DNA of 64,000 nt, taken from positions 22,151 to 86,150 of the IMG/VR virus record IMGVR_UViG_3300030376_006484. One strand, 5' to 3'. A model generated the notes under the pieces. That model was not told the origin of the DNA and did not search any database. It saw only the letters and a program-made list of their open reading frames with translations. A program made the position numbers and the translations under genes. This DNA is from a virus. Lineage: Duplodnaviria > Caudoviricetes. Below, one piece after another: positions 48,601-58,236 of this stretch; position 1 is the first letter of the stretch, and every line of letters begins with the position of its first letter.

Positions 48601-51600
48601 CTTTTGATTTCGTTTCTCCTGCGGTAGTTTCTACTTCTAATAAAGACGATTCTAATTTTTACTTAGGCGGTAGTAAATTAGGGTATTATGCTTCGGGCTA
48701 CAAGATAGGGGGCGGTTCTTATATTGATTCTAGTACTTATTATGATAGCGTTATTGGTAGAAAGGTGGGTTCCCCACATTTACCAATTGAAATGAGAGGG
48801 AACTTTCCTGCTAGTGGTTCCTTATTTTTTGATTATGATGTATATGAAAGTGGACATACTAAGCCCACAATTTTTGTTAGTAGTGACCCAACGGATGATT
48901 CAGCCGCAATATCGGGTGGTAGTAGGTATCGTGTTAAAGACATTCTAGAACAATTTGATTCTAAAGCAAGTAGACTATTTTTGTTTAGCAACAGTGATTT
49001 ATTTCCATACACAAGTAATAGAAGTGACAGTTTGATGAATAGTTCAGTTGTTACTGCTAAGGACGATTTAAAGAAATTCAAATTGATGCTAATGTCTTCA
49101 CCGACCTCAACTGCCGGTAGTGTAAAACAATCTAAAATGGCTACTGAAGGTTCATCATTAGCATTAACGGACGAAAGTTATGAAGATGCCGCTATCATTG
49201 ATGTTGATAAAAACATTACAGAATTGAAGAGAGCAGGAATAATGAGATTGACTGAGGTAGTATTTGATGTAGCGTTCAATCAATTCAACCCCGAAAAACC
49301 TCCTGCCGAAAATAGAACCATACCCGAAGTAGGTTACTTTTATCATTCCTTTGCTTCTTTAGGTTGTGAGGTGGCTTCTTATGGTAGTTCACAGATAACA
49401 GTACAGGCCATCGGAGGCGGAGCAATAAGCATTTCAGTAAGTGATGACGATATTTTAGTAGATTCTAACAGTAATTATATTGGTACTGTTAATGGTAATC
49501 AAAGTTCCGTGACAACTATTTCTTTAGATGCTAACCCTGTGCCTACTAACGGTGGTTCCGCTTATACGGGTACTTTATTCAAAGTTAATAAAATGTATCG
49601 GACTGTTATTAAGGGTCACGGTGGAGAAAGCAGTTTCTTAAACTTTGAAAAGGAAATTAATTTCTTGAAAGGAGTTGTGCATAATGATACTTATGCTCCT
49701 ACTTCTAGTGACTTTATTTCTATTTTTGGTGCAAGTAATACTTTAATTACACCACAAAATACTGCTATTCATTCTAATCAATTTTCCAATCTAATTCTAC
49801 CTTTAAGTTTTAATGATGGAGTAGATGTTGCTTCTTCTGTTGATGGGGGGATTGGAAATTCAACAGGTCTAGGTATTCCTCCCGCACATCACCCTAGTAC
49901 TTGGCTGAGTAAGGTAGACGCTTTACCAAATTCCGATAGTAGTACTGTTGATACCATATTTCAAAATCAATTGCATGGTGTTTTCTTGGGTAGATTTTCT
50001 GTAGAGGATGGTATTACTGATGCTGATGAAATGATGACTAAAGGAACTACTTTCCCTGCTAATAATAATACTCACTTAAGAAAATATTCTTTGCATATTA
50101 CTACTATGAATATGGGATTAAGTAGTGCTAGCAATTTTATGTCATTCAAAAATAGTGTTGCTACAGAAAGAACGCCTCGGTCTAATGACGCTGATGGAGT
50201 ATTTATTGGGTTTAAGTTTAGACTTAATTTAGATAGTACTCTAGGCACAGTTACTAAAACAACAATAATCATGCCTAATGGTGATAGTGCCTACCAATAC
50301 AAAATAACAGGTACAGAAATTCTAGATTTAGTAAAGGACTTAACAGGGTGCTATTTAGCCTCCGAGCATGTTAATGAATATTCTACAGGTAGTGCAAACA
50401 ACGCTAGTTATCCTGCAAATCCCGAAGGAATAAATAACTCAATGCCGGTAGAGTTAGCATATGTTTTGAGCCATGCAATAGATAAAGACAATTCAACTTT
50501 AACCCATGTTATAACAGTAGATAAGAATTTAGCAGGAAAATATTATAGAGTTATGCAACCTAACGAAACCACATTTTACAACTTTACCCCCAACAGAATT
50601 AAACTAAATACTCTATCTAGTGAATATACTAAAATTCCATTTGAAGACAAAACTTATCAAAACACAAAAGATTACTTACTTCTCAAAGGTTCGGGTAGTG
50701 GAGGTAATCTTGTAGGGCCGTCTTATACATATAACAACGAAGGACACAACGAAGCGGTACTATCTATGTATGTTCTAGTAGACCCCGATATGCAAGCATT
50801 AGGTGTAGGTAGAGATGAAATAGTACCGAGAACCCATACCTCTTCTTATTATGTATTTGCTGATGCGGCTAATTTCTATGAAAAGAATTATTCTTTTTGC
50901 TTATCCGATGGAGATACAACCTACAAAACCTCGGCTGAATTTCAATACTTAGGTGTTAGTAACGGTTCATATGTAGAGTTTGGTGAAATGAAAACTATGA
51001 AAGGCATAGTTTCCATGTCCGAAACTTTCTCCGTAACCACATCAAAGAATGTTAAGATACGACCAAAGAGAGCCATGATTGGTTCCGTGGTCAATGTTTG
51101 CAGTGAGGCAGAAACTATCCTAAACGATTTATTAGAAACTAATGACATAGAATATTCTTTTTCGGATACTAATGATTATCCTCTTTTCTTAGCACCTAAT
51201 TACAAAAGCACCGATTTGTTTTCTTCATTGAATTATGTCTTGGAGAGAAAGGATAAGGCTTTAATTTACGAGAATGATGTATTTTCAATTAGAAATAAAA
51301 CTAATTCTACTCTCAATCCAAAGGTATTCATAACAGATAGAAACGACAAGTTCCAAATCGGTGACTTTGGTAAGTCCGATGTGTTGTTTGATTTCTTCAA
51401 TGAAATAATTGTTTATGGGAATTCACATGTTTCTACTAAAAGAAACTTAAGAAGTATTAAGTCTAGAGGTAAGAAAACTTTAGAAATAGACGAGCCTACT
51501 ATTTTTACACAACAAGATGCAGATAAAAGAGCAACTGAGTTACTAAGATTACATTCAAGATTGAATCAAAAGGTAACTATAGAAATAGGGCAGAAGGCAA

Positions 51601-52013
51601 TTTCTCACCTAAGAGCAGGAGACATTATTTCTTTAGAGTTGGTTAGAGAAAACATAGAGAAAAACCAATACATAATTTTGGAGATGGAGCATGGATTTAG
51701 CGGCTTCGTTAAATTGCAATTAGGAAGATTCTCTAAAGGGCTAGAAGATAGATTCGCTGAATTGTTAATTAGTACTAGAAAGAATAAGACTTTGCTTAGA
51801 CCTAAAGAATTAGCAGAAGCAAATGAAAATGCTTCCTTCTTGGATAGTATCAAAATCAATGAACGCCGTTTGGTAATACAGACAAGAGTTTCTTCGGGCG
51901 GAAGTTCTTTTAGTATAGGGTTCTTGGAAGAAATTGGGTTCGGAGTAGAAATGGGATTCGGCACATCGGGTAGCACAATAACAACCACAACAGTAAGGGA
52001 GGTAGAGTATTGA
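45660..52013 (+). CDS. very large tail tip/baseplate protein (2117 aa)
   Basis: Ser/Thr-rich beta protein in the tail module; hub-like C-terminus (NEIIVYG, LRAGDIISL). Confidence 0.7.
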   Translation: MTVYAMRKGTSPNPTVVTTVNDATNNINFNCPTNPLLVDSATVATTNRLFAYICTEPTTSVSRTFVQELQSGDSAGHQYSNLSNTEGYKIHCYDNNSETGLRLNGISPLSSEAKEWFVLIYSDDALTHHFARITEINTDDVLGDSFDFEPRLGTKIPRDTKFMVFEGPAKTDTSVIAVSAGILNSEITGGYRYNKAYITARPIFYFFNDRLDKKNELDHNKKYYLKYDDSNMGSASVTPSQTNCFVTVEDFSTRILDYSKYTMKASVIDNLRNLDDPTENAVTSNEGNTLPTNDFTDYDECFFNSRRDTDNYFSSSAATLELRGPYRYIHYNYSPEKANTNFSLVDFTVLESIGDKGGYADAKLYDTQRILPTKIKEFDLMRLRHRVHTANIHELFALKAKVNSLTSGQTYVFDTEYDLSLLLSVGNEVKVGNRMVIVKTIALFSAQQQTITFETSSRLETESSFSTSSYTLTAGDRLYRRAWSQSKGNLLTTFKIIDNRSSNLKVVFNNLLEATVTASNAETKTLTVSYDNSLYEASSSVGFFKGAYTIEIERFEGDIEQIDSVRENGQNFTKISGRSNYSKLISPLVNKNYSFSKDIIYSSNSPYNSMEKVGTAPVLFSSTAFTLASVTVEPVANDHLFVKYGNKNMSYIGQVQEFKDASHGTNPLEVTLTSASFASTIDSGGVQAEEIWKISNKNYILSKALSSDNRNSIFPTSLTGATEKGLFFESGVDTSNSNSDLVGTSASTDTKAIGYHLNNPTNIRKDEAFQAVLSDGGTTYSSVEPVNTLMDFTVVSSNTKDGKTILELAPYVPLTLGRLEYNDADVLDTTFVTVGNTVGVVLHSANRRYIEVDGLANSPSEKDPVYIAGVFAGYITQLVKPSTSTNWRIFTDRGVGHTASQVVSILNTASSVEQKYTSDLYFVNGGHLHGGKFVSLLHPFFGNNKPMTFNIAATYTDGVKSTTSEKFGQPLYRISHIEKGTFDFVSPAVVSTSNKDDSNFYLGGSKLGYYASGYKIGGGSYIDSSTYYDSVIGRKVGSPHLPIEMRGNFPASGSLFFDYDVYESGHTKPTIFVSSDPTDDSAAISGGSRYRVKDILEQFDSKASRLFLFSNSDLFPYTSNRSDSLMNSSVVTAKDDLKKFKLMLMSSPTSTAGSVKQSKMATEGSSLALTDESYEDAAIIDVDKNITELKRAGIMRLTEVVFDVAFNQFNPEKPPAENRTIPEVGYFYHSFASLGCEVASYGSSQITVQAIGGGAISISVSDDDILVDSNSNYIGTVNGNQSSVTTISLDANPVPTNGGSAYTGTLFKVNKMYRTVIKGHGGESSFLNFEKEINFLKGVVHNDTYAPTSSDFISIFGASNTLITPQNTAIHSNQFSNLILPLSFNDGVDVASSVDGGIGNSTGLGIPPAHHPSTWLSKVDALPNSDSSTVDTIFQNQLHGVFLGRFSVEDGITDADEMMTKGTTFPANNNTHLRKYSLHITTMNMGLSSASNFMSFKNSVATERTPRSNDADGVFIGFKFRLNLDSTLGTVTKTTIIMPNGDSAYQYKITGTEILDLVKDLTGCYLASEHVNEYSTGSANNASYPANPEGINNSMPVELAYVLSHAIDKDNSTLTHVITVDKNLAGKYYRVMQPNETTFYNFTPNRIKLNTLSSEYTKIPFEDKTYQNTKDYLLLKGSGSGGNLVGPSYTYNNEGHNEAVLSMYVLVDPDMQALGVGRDEIVPRTHTSSYYVFADAANFYEKNYSFCLSDGDTTYKTSAEFQYLGVSNGSYVEFGEMKTMKGIVSMSETFSVTTSKNVKIRPKRAMIGSVVNVCSEAETILNDLLETNDIEYSFSDTNDYPLFLAPNYKSTDLFSSLNYVLERKDKALIYENDVFSIRNKTNSTLNPKVFITDRNDKFQIGDFGKSDVLFDFFNEIIVYGNSHVSTKRNLRSIKSRGKKTLEIDEPTIFTQQDADKRATELLRLHSRLNQKVTIEIGQKAISHLRAGDIISLELVRENIEKNQYIILEMEHGFSGFVKLQLGRFSKGLEDRFAELLISTRKNKTLLRPKELAEANENASFLDSIKINERRLVIQTRVSSGGSSFSIGFLEEIGFGVEMGFGTSGSTITTTTVREVEY

Positions 52014-52348
52014 TTACAGATTCAACAAGACAGGCTATCGCCACGCACCTAGAAGATACCTACGATAAGGCTAGAATAGGCTTAGGAGGCAATTCTACAA
52101 GTCCTGTTGCTACAAACTTAGATGTACCCTTGTCAAATGTTATTGCTACAGTTAATTCTCTGTCCGATGAAAATGTTGTTGATTTCAAATTTACTGTAGC
52201 GGGGTCTTCAATTTCGGGTCTAACAATTAGAGAAATTGGTATTTTCAATTCGGACTATACCAAAATGCTAACAAGAATAAACTTTGAAGGCATTGGGCCT
52301 TTCTCTTCGGGAGATGTAGACTTTTTCGTAACTATTGAGGTGGAATAA
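52010..52348 (+). CDS. small tail fibre attachment-like protein
   Basis: IGLGGN..P and TIREIGIFN motifs typical of fibre N-terminal domains. Confidence 0.55.
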   Translation: MITDSTRQAIATHLEDTYDKARIGLGGNSTSPVATNLDVPLSNVIATVNSLSDENVVDFKFTVAGSSISGLTIREIGIFNSDYTKMLTRINFEGIGPFSSGDVDFFVTIEVE

Positions 52349-52349
52349 C

Positions 52350-54560
52350 ATGGCGGCAAGTAATAACAACGGCGGATTTTCAAGAATGGGAACAGACCCT
52401 ACAGTTAGTGGTCTAAGAGATGGAACAGATTTTCCTCATAGTGGGATTTATCATGCTTTGAATTCTGCTACTCAAGGAAATTATGCAATCATTGATGGTA
52501 ATAATTTCAACATTACCCAAACAGATGTTGCTTCTAACAGTAGATTTGTTGTAGCGGCAGGTAGGGTTTTTAGAGATGGGGCATTAGTGGCGGCAGTCTC
52601 TACGGCTACTTTCAATCAAGGCACACCTTCTACATTTGATGAACCCACTAGCGGGAATGCTTACTTTTTACTAGTAGTTAATTCTTCAAATGCTTTAGCG
52701 ATTTTGGGAGATAAAGCAACTACAAATTTAGTACCTAATTTAACAAATAGAGATGAGATACCTATTGCAGTTATTAGATTGACTAGTGGGGAAAACTATG
52801 ACGCTAGACATATTCAATTTTTAACTACTTCTAAGGATGAAAATTCATTAAGCATCGGACATAATGCTAGCGGTTATACTGAATCGGGAAATATTACAGG
52901 TGATGCTAATAGCATAGATATTGTTTCAACCCCCACTAATGCAGATATTAACTTAGTACCAAATGGTACAGGGAAGGTAGGGGTTGGTACTGCTTCTCCT
53001 GCTACTAAATTACATGTGGTAGGAGGGGCAACTCCTATTGTTAGAGTAGATGGAGGCACTAATAATGGTACTACAACAGTAGATAATAATATTGAAGGGG
53101 TTGAAATAAGTAAATATGGAATGAACACAACTAATAAGTATAACGGCGGATATAAATTTACTTCTACCGACCAACACTTTACTACCCATAATCCTAAGAT
53201 GTTAGCGGCTATGGTGCATAGAGCATTACAGACTTACAGTGGGGATAATACAGGTAATTCAGCAATTGACTTCTTTATCCATGATGGTACTACTACTGAC
53301 GGAACCGGCCCTGCATCTGTTAAACACACAATGACTTCTACTGCTTTGGGTATAAACACCGATACTCCCATGAATGCCCTTCAAGTTAGCCATACGGGTA
53401 CTGATGGTAATAACGGTATCATGATAGTGAGAAAAGATACCTCTACTGCCGATGATGATTTATTAGGGGGAATTGGTTTTGATTCTACGGATGGGAATGT
53501 TCCTTCATCGGTCTTAGAAGCATCTGCTTATATTGCGGCATTGGCGGCAGAAGACCACTCATCGGACGATAAAGGAGCCGATTTAACCTTTGGTACTGCC
53601 GCCATTGACGAAAACGACGATACAGTTTCAACTGAACATATGAGAATACTTTCCGATGGAAAGATAGGTGTTGGAACTGATGCTCCCGCCGCAGAAGTGC
53701 ATATAATGGGAGCATCTTCCCCCGAATTAAGGCTACAAGAAGACGGTAATGATGGATATACTGCTCTTATTGCTTACTCGGATAATTTCGGAGCATTGAA
53801 AGTAAAAGACAATGCAGGTAGCGACTCTACTATTTTAGACATAGATGTAGAATCGGCGGGTACGGGCGCACAAACAATTCGGCTATTTAGGTCTAGTAAT
53901 GGTAGTGCTACTTCTTCTAAATTACAAATTTTAGAACCGAATACTGTTAATGAGACTTTCCGAGTGTCGGCTGATGATGGAGATACTACTATTGCTCAGT
54001 CTTTGAAATTATCAGTGGCTAGTCAAGATGGTTATATTGATAACATAATTGACGATAAAGATTTAATTTTTAGAGCAAGTACTTCTAGTGCAACAAATGA
54101 AATTATGCGTATTGATAGTACCCAACAAGCAGTCTCTATTGGAACTGCTACCTCTAATGATGCTAAATTAACTGTTGAAGGGACAATATCAAGAAAGGGA
54201 TTGATTAGAAATGTAACTCTTGCTACGGGGTCGGGTGGCCCTCCTGTACCTTTGGCGGCTTATGCAGTGTTAGAGACTGATGACTTAATTATTGCATCTG
54301 CTCCTGCGGGTGGTGTTCCTGCTAATGCCTTAGATGTTATGTTGCCCGATGCTACTCAATCAGTACCCATAGGTAAAACATACCGTATTGTTGCTAAAGA
54401 GGTAGCGGGCGGTTTGACTTTAAACAGAACAGGTTCGGATGATGTTTTCGTTGATGAACAATTTGCGGGGATTTCACTACCCTTTTCTTTGTCATTAGGT
54501 AAAATCTATGACATTACTTGTATTGATGCTAACAAGTGGATGGTAATGACACTAAACTGA
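52350..54560 (+). CDS. tail fibre or receptor-binding protein
   Basis: Repeats GKVGVGTASPATKLHV, LGINTDTP..LQV, GKIGVGTDAP..VHI, VSIGT..AKLTV. Confidence 0.8.
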   Translation: MAASNNNGGFSRMGTDPTVSGLRDGTDFPHSGIYHALNSATQGNYAIIDGNNFNITQTDVASNSRFVVAAGRVFRDGALVAAVSTATFNQGTPSTFDEPTSGNAYFLLVVNSSNALAILGDKATTNLVPNLTNRDEIPIAVIRLTSGENYDARHIQFLTTSKDENSLSIGHNASGYTESGNITGDANSIDIVSTPTNADINLVPNGTGKVGVGTASPATKLHVVGGATPIVRVDGGTNNGTTTVDNNIEGVEISKYGMNTTNKYNGGYKFTSTDQHFTTHNPKMLAAMVHRALQTYSGDNTGNSAIDFFIHDGTTTDGTGPASVKHTMTSTALGINTDTPMNALQVSHTGTDGNNGIMIVRKDTSTADDDLLGGIGFDSTDGNVPSSVLEASAYIAALAAEDHSSDDKGADLTFGTAAIDENDDTVSTEHMRILSDGKIGVGTDAPAAEVHIMGASSPELRLQEDGNDGYTALIAYSDNFGALKVKDNAGSDSTILDIDVESAGTGAQTIRLFRSSNGSATSSKLQILEPNTVNETFRVSADDGDTTIAQSLKLSVASQDGYIDNIIDDKDLIFRASTSSATNEIMRIDSTQQAVSIGTATSNDAKLTVEGTISRKGLIRNVTLATGSGGPPVPLAAYAVLETDDLIIASAPAGGVPANALDVMLPDATQSVPIGKTYRIVAKEVAGGLTLNRTGSDDVFVDEQFAGISLPFSLSLGKIYDITCIDANKWMVMTLN

Positions 54561-54597
54561 TAGTAAAGTTTATTTTCTACACCACCCTCCTTTGCTT

Positions 54598-54753
54598 GTG
54601 AGCCTATTAGTTTATTTTTTTGCCGCCTTTATTTTGGGATTTGTTACTGTTTGGTTGGCTACTCCGCCATCAACTGATACTTTCATAATTTTTGAAAGTG
54701 GGGAAGAATTAGATGAAATGTGTTGGGGCGGTCTAAGGAGAGGCCAACCATGA
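54598..54753 (+). CDS. small membrane protein (about 51 aa)
   Basis: Translated by hand; hydrophobic N-terminus; ATGA overlap with the lyase. Confidence 0.45.
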   Translation: MSLLVYFFAAFILGFVTVWLATPPSTDTFIIFESGEELDEMCWGGLRRGQP

Positions 54754-55598
54754 AAATTAGAATTGTAGAAGTTTCTCCTAGAGATGGTCTACAATCGCTA
54801 GAAACATTTGTTCCTACAGAAGTCAAAAGAAATTTGATTAACTCTCTTTATAGTGCGGGTTTCTCTCATGTAGAAGAAACAAGTTTTGCTCATCCTAAAT
54901 TCGTACCACAAATGGCTGACGCAGAGCAAGTGTACCAGAAAGGTTCTGTTTTAGTTATGAATAATAGAGGTTTTATTAGGGCTAAAAAAATAGGAGTAGA
55001 GAAAATTAATATTGTTTTCTCTCCTTGTGAAACATTTAACATAAATAATATGGGTAAAACTAGAAACGAAATAGTATTGATGTATAAAACATTCATGGAT
55101 AAAGTACCAAAAGAAAATGTTAGGGTCTATTTATCTATGGCTTTTGGTAGTCCTTACAGTGGTTCCTTTTCCCCGACTACAATTCGTTCTTGTATTAGAG
55201 ATGCTAAGATGTTTGGAAACACTGTAGTATTTTCCGACACTGTGGGTATAGGAACAAGAAATGAAGTCGCTTTATTTGCTGAAATGGCTTTAGAAGAAGG
55301 GGTGATTCCCGCCCTACATTTACACCATAAAGGAGAAGAAGAAATGGCTATATCTTTAGTTAGAGCAGGATTATTTGCAGGAATAAAAGAATTTGATAGT
55401 AGTATAGGGGGCTTAGGTGGTTGTCCTTTCGTTGAAGGTAGTGGCGGGAATTTATCTACCGAAACCCTTGTAGGTCATTTAGAAGCATGGGGGTTTGATT
55501 GTGGAGTAAAAATAGAGCAATTAGACCCTGCTAAAAAAATCGCCCAATCCATAAAAAATGCCCAAAATGAAAAAAAGGGCCGCATGACTCACCCCTAA
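54750..55598 (+). CDS. hmgL: hydroxymethylglutaryl-CoA lyase (DRE-TIM family)
   Basis: EVSPRDGLQ, VPQMADA, SDTVG, HLHH, FDSSIGGLGGCPF..GNLSTE. Confidence 0.88.
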   Translation: MKIRIVEVSPRDGLQSLETFVPTEVKRNLINSLYSAGFSHVEETSFAHPKFVPQMADAEQVYQKGSVLVMNNRGFIRAKKIGVEKINIVFSPCETFNINNMGKTRNEIVLMYKTFMDKVPKENVRVYLSMAFGSPYSGSFSPTTIRSCIRDAKMFGNTVVFSDTVGIGTRNEVALFAEMALEEGVIPALHLHHKGEEEMAISLVRAGLFAGIKEFDSSIGGLGGCPFVEGSGGNLSTETLVGHLEAWGFDCGVKIEQLDPAKKIAQSIKNAQNEKKGRMTHP

Positions 55599-55620
55599 AG
55601 GTAAGCCATACGACCCTAAT

Positions 55621-55752
55621 TTATTTCCATATACCGCCGCAACTGCGGCATTCCCAAAGTTTAACCTTCTTATCCGAACCAATGTAAAACCCTTGAATCC
55701 TTATTGCAATTGTTTTTGCTCCGCAATAAGAACAAGTTTGTTTTAAACTCAT
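55621..55752 (-). CDS. 43-aa zinc ribbon protein (CSYC...CRSC)
   Basis: Translated by hand; ATGA coupling. Confidence 0.6.
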   Translation of the reverse strand: MSLKQTCSYCGAKTIAIRIQGFYIGSDKKVKLWECRSCGGIWK

Positions 55753-55901
55753 TTCTTATCGGGTTGGTTTTCTTTCATTAGTCTTCTCATGTAGTCTTCT
55801 ACTGACTGTTCCGTTAAATTAGAACCACCAAATGCCGCAAAAAACAACAAAATAGTAGTCAAACAAAACAATAAGGTTCCAAACCATTCCCAAGTACTCA
55901 T
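55749..55901 (-). CDS. 50-aa membrane protein
   Basis: Translated by hand; TAATG coupling; TM helix. Confidence 0.55.
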   Translation of the reverse strand: MSTWEWFGTLLFCLTTILLFFAAFGGSNLTEQSVEDYMRRLMKENQPDKK

Positions 55902-56494
55902 TACCAATCAACCTCCAAATTTACAAATTCTTCTTTTTCTATTGAGAAGGCTTTGACAAAACCATTCTCTTGACCATACTTCCAAATATCATATACGATT
56001 TTAGTATCCTTCATACAATATTCTACTACTCTATCATACTCTCCTTGTTTCCAAAGTTTAGGAGCATCTGCACTTTCCATTAACTTACTTTCATTAAGAG
56101 TATTAACTCCTAAGTTTTGCAGTTGAAATCTTTCTCCGTGACTCTTAGTTAGGATTCTGCTTGTATCAATGTACTTCTTATCTTTTAGATACTTGTTAAT
56201 GCAGTAAATATCCATTGAATCTTTAAGGATAGCCAAGTCAAAAGAAGCAATATTATGTCCTAGTAGTACTCCACCTTTCTGTAGGTGTTCATCTAAGTCG
56301 TATTTTAAATCTCTTAGAGACTTTACAATATGTCCCGATTTAGCGAAGGTGTCTACTGCTTCATCAACATATACAGTGCCTACTGAACCATCCCAAGTAG
56401 CAACGGTAGAAACTTGAAACATGTGAGTATTACCGAACCCACCAATTTCATGAGACATATTTTTTGTCTCTATGTCTAGTGCTAGAACTGACAT
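55901..56494 (-). CDS. RNase H-fold DEDD 3'-5' exonuclease (YprB/RNase_H_2-like)
   Basis: ALDIET, GHNIASFD, YCMKDT; start ATG 56494. Confidence 0.8.
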   Translation of the reverse strand: MSVLALDIETKNMSHEIGGFGNTHMFQVSTVATWDGSVGTVYVDEAVDTFAKSGHIVKSLRDLKYDLDEHLQKGGVLLGHNIASFDLAILKDSMDIYCINKYLKDKKYIDTSRILTKSHGERFQLQNLGVNTLNESKLMESADAPKLWKQGEYDRVVEYCMKDTKIVYDIWKYGQENGFVKAFSIEKEEFVNLEVDW

Positions 56495-56498
56495 ATTA

Positions 56499-56738
56499 TC
56501 ACTTCTTGGAATTGCCCGACCACGCCTGTTTAATCTTCTGTTGAGTTTCATCAACTGCTTCAACCGGCTCATCTGTTCTTCGCTTTAAGAAAGCAACAAT
56601 GTTAGTGTTGGCTACAGTTAGCATGGAACAACATTCCCATCCTTCTTCACCATAGGTATTCAAAGATTCAATAATTACTTTCGGCCCTTTTGTTACATCA
56701 AAAACAATAAATGTATTTTCCCAATTCATCTTATTCAC
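56499..56738 (-). CDS. DUF4177-like small protein
   Basis: LNTYGEEGWECCS...FLKR pattern. Confidence 0.6.
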   Translation of the reverse strand: MNKMNWENTFIVFDVTKGPKVIIESLNTYGEEGWECCSMLTVANTNIVAFLKRRTDEPVEAVDETQQKIKQAWSGNSKK

Positions 56739-58236
56739 CCTTTAATTTTATGAAAGTCTGTCTTCCTTTTTTCTTCATTGAGAAGTTATTTTTTATTTTG
56801 TCAAAGTCACGGTACACTTGGGGTTGGCTTTTTCCTGTCCGCTTCTGTATTTCCTTCAATAAGTCCGACTTAGAAATGAATCCTTCTTCGTCTTTCTCCA
56901 TTTCTTGATATTGTTTTAGAAACGCTCCATTTGCCCTGTGTTTCAACTCGTCCTTGTTAGCCGACTTGAGGCTCATTTCTAACCACTCTATCAATGATTT
57001 ATAGCAGTTTCGTACAATAAACGCCGCTTGATTAACATTTCTTCCATTAACAATGAACCGTTTTTCCTCATCACGGATTGAATTAGCCTCCGCTACACAA
57101 CATAAAATTGCAATTTTACCTAGTAAACCTAGCCATCTAGTTTGGAAATTTTTCACAATGTCCCGAATATCGCCCACTACAGAATCGCTCCAAGAGTCCA
57201 TATCTGTTAATCTCATGAGAAGAGTATCATTGAATTCCGGTGCAAATCGTATTGTCAAATTAGCATCGGGGTTTCCCGTTTTGTTATTAGGATGATTTAC
57301 AGTACCTTCGTATTGTTTCTTAGTCAATTCATAGACCTTAAACAGAGCATTAGCGAATCTTTCTACAGGCATATTACTCTCTTCAATAACACCAAAATTG
57401 GCTACAATTGTTTCACGAATGCTTCTTTGTATGTCTTCCGGTACATGCTTTACTAATACCAAAGCCCTTTGAAATAAACCTGTTTCAACAATCGCTCTAT
57501 CAAGATTTGATGGAGGGAAGGTAGTTGCTAGAATAGAACGCTGAGAACGACATTCAACTTTTGGCCCTTCCTTCAATTTCTTAGTAATAACCCAAGAAGA
57601 ACCACAAAGACTGTTACATAGAGTATTCAAGTAAGTGACAATTCCTTCTTTGTGCTGTGTTTGCTTGAAGATACCGGAGTTGGAAAATTCGTCCCAACGG
57701 GCTAATCCATGTCCGTCTAATTCTCCTTTGATGTGGTTCCATCTGTTATTACCGTCATCGTCAATGTACTGCTCTTGGTATCCAATCAAAGCGGCATCAG
57801 TATATTCTACAATGTCAAAATTATCGTATTGTTCTAGAGGTTTACTTGTAGGTTCTTCGTAATCATCCAATCCTTGATTTTCTGCTCTTTGTTCGCTAGC
57901 GATAACTTCTCTAGGTCTTAGATTTTGTGACTTGTTAATCTTAGCCCAAAGTATATTGGATACAGGCAATACGAAATCCATAATTGCCGTCTTACCTGTG
58001 CCGGAGTTTTGAATCCAAACAAAGTGTAGGCGGGAATCGTCGCTACCCTTTCCTCTAGGGATATGCACAAAATCCTTTACTGCTTGTCCTAACAAAACCA
58101 AACAAGTTAGTGCGGCGGGAACATCGTTGTATTTAGAATACTTCAACGCTTCTTTCATCCATTCACTAACCAATGATGGGAGTTTTTCTCCTACAACTTC
58201 GGTATCTTCTTCTTCATATATTTCATCTTCATTCAT
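56731..58236 (-). CDS. MCM-like AAA+ replicative helicase
   Basis: SGTGKT, WDEF, ILATT sensor, GLFQR Arg finger, C-terminal wHTH. Confidence 0.75.
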   Translation of the reverse strand: MNEDEIYEEEDTEVVGEKLPSLVSEWMKEALKYSKYNDVPAALTCLVLLGQAVKDFVHIPRGKGSDDSRLHFVWIQNSGTGKTAIMDFVLPVSNILWAKINKSQNLRPREVIASEQRAENQGLDDYEEPTSKPLEQYDNFDIVEYTDAALIGYQEQYIDDDGNNRWNHIKGELDGHGLARWDEFSNSGIFKQTQHKEGIVTYLNTLCNSLCGSSWVITKKLKEGPKVECRSQRSILATTFPPSNLDRAIVETGLFQRALVLVKHVPEDIQRSIRETIVANFGVIEESNMPVERFANALFKVYELTKKQYEGTVNHPNNKTGNPDANLTIRFAPEFNDTLLMRLTDMDSWSDSVVGDIRDIVKNFQTRWLGLLGKIAILCCVAEANSIRDEEKRFIVNGRNVNQAAFIVRNCYKSLIEWLEMSLKSANKDELKHRANGAFLKQYQEMEKDEEGFISKSDLLKEIQKRTGKSQPQVYRDFDKIKNNFSMKKKGRQTFIKLKGE

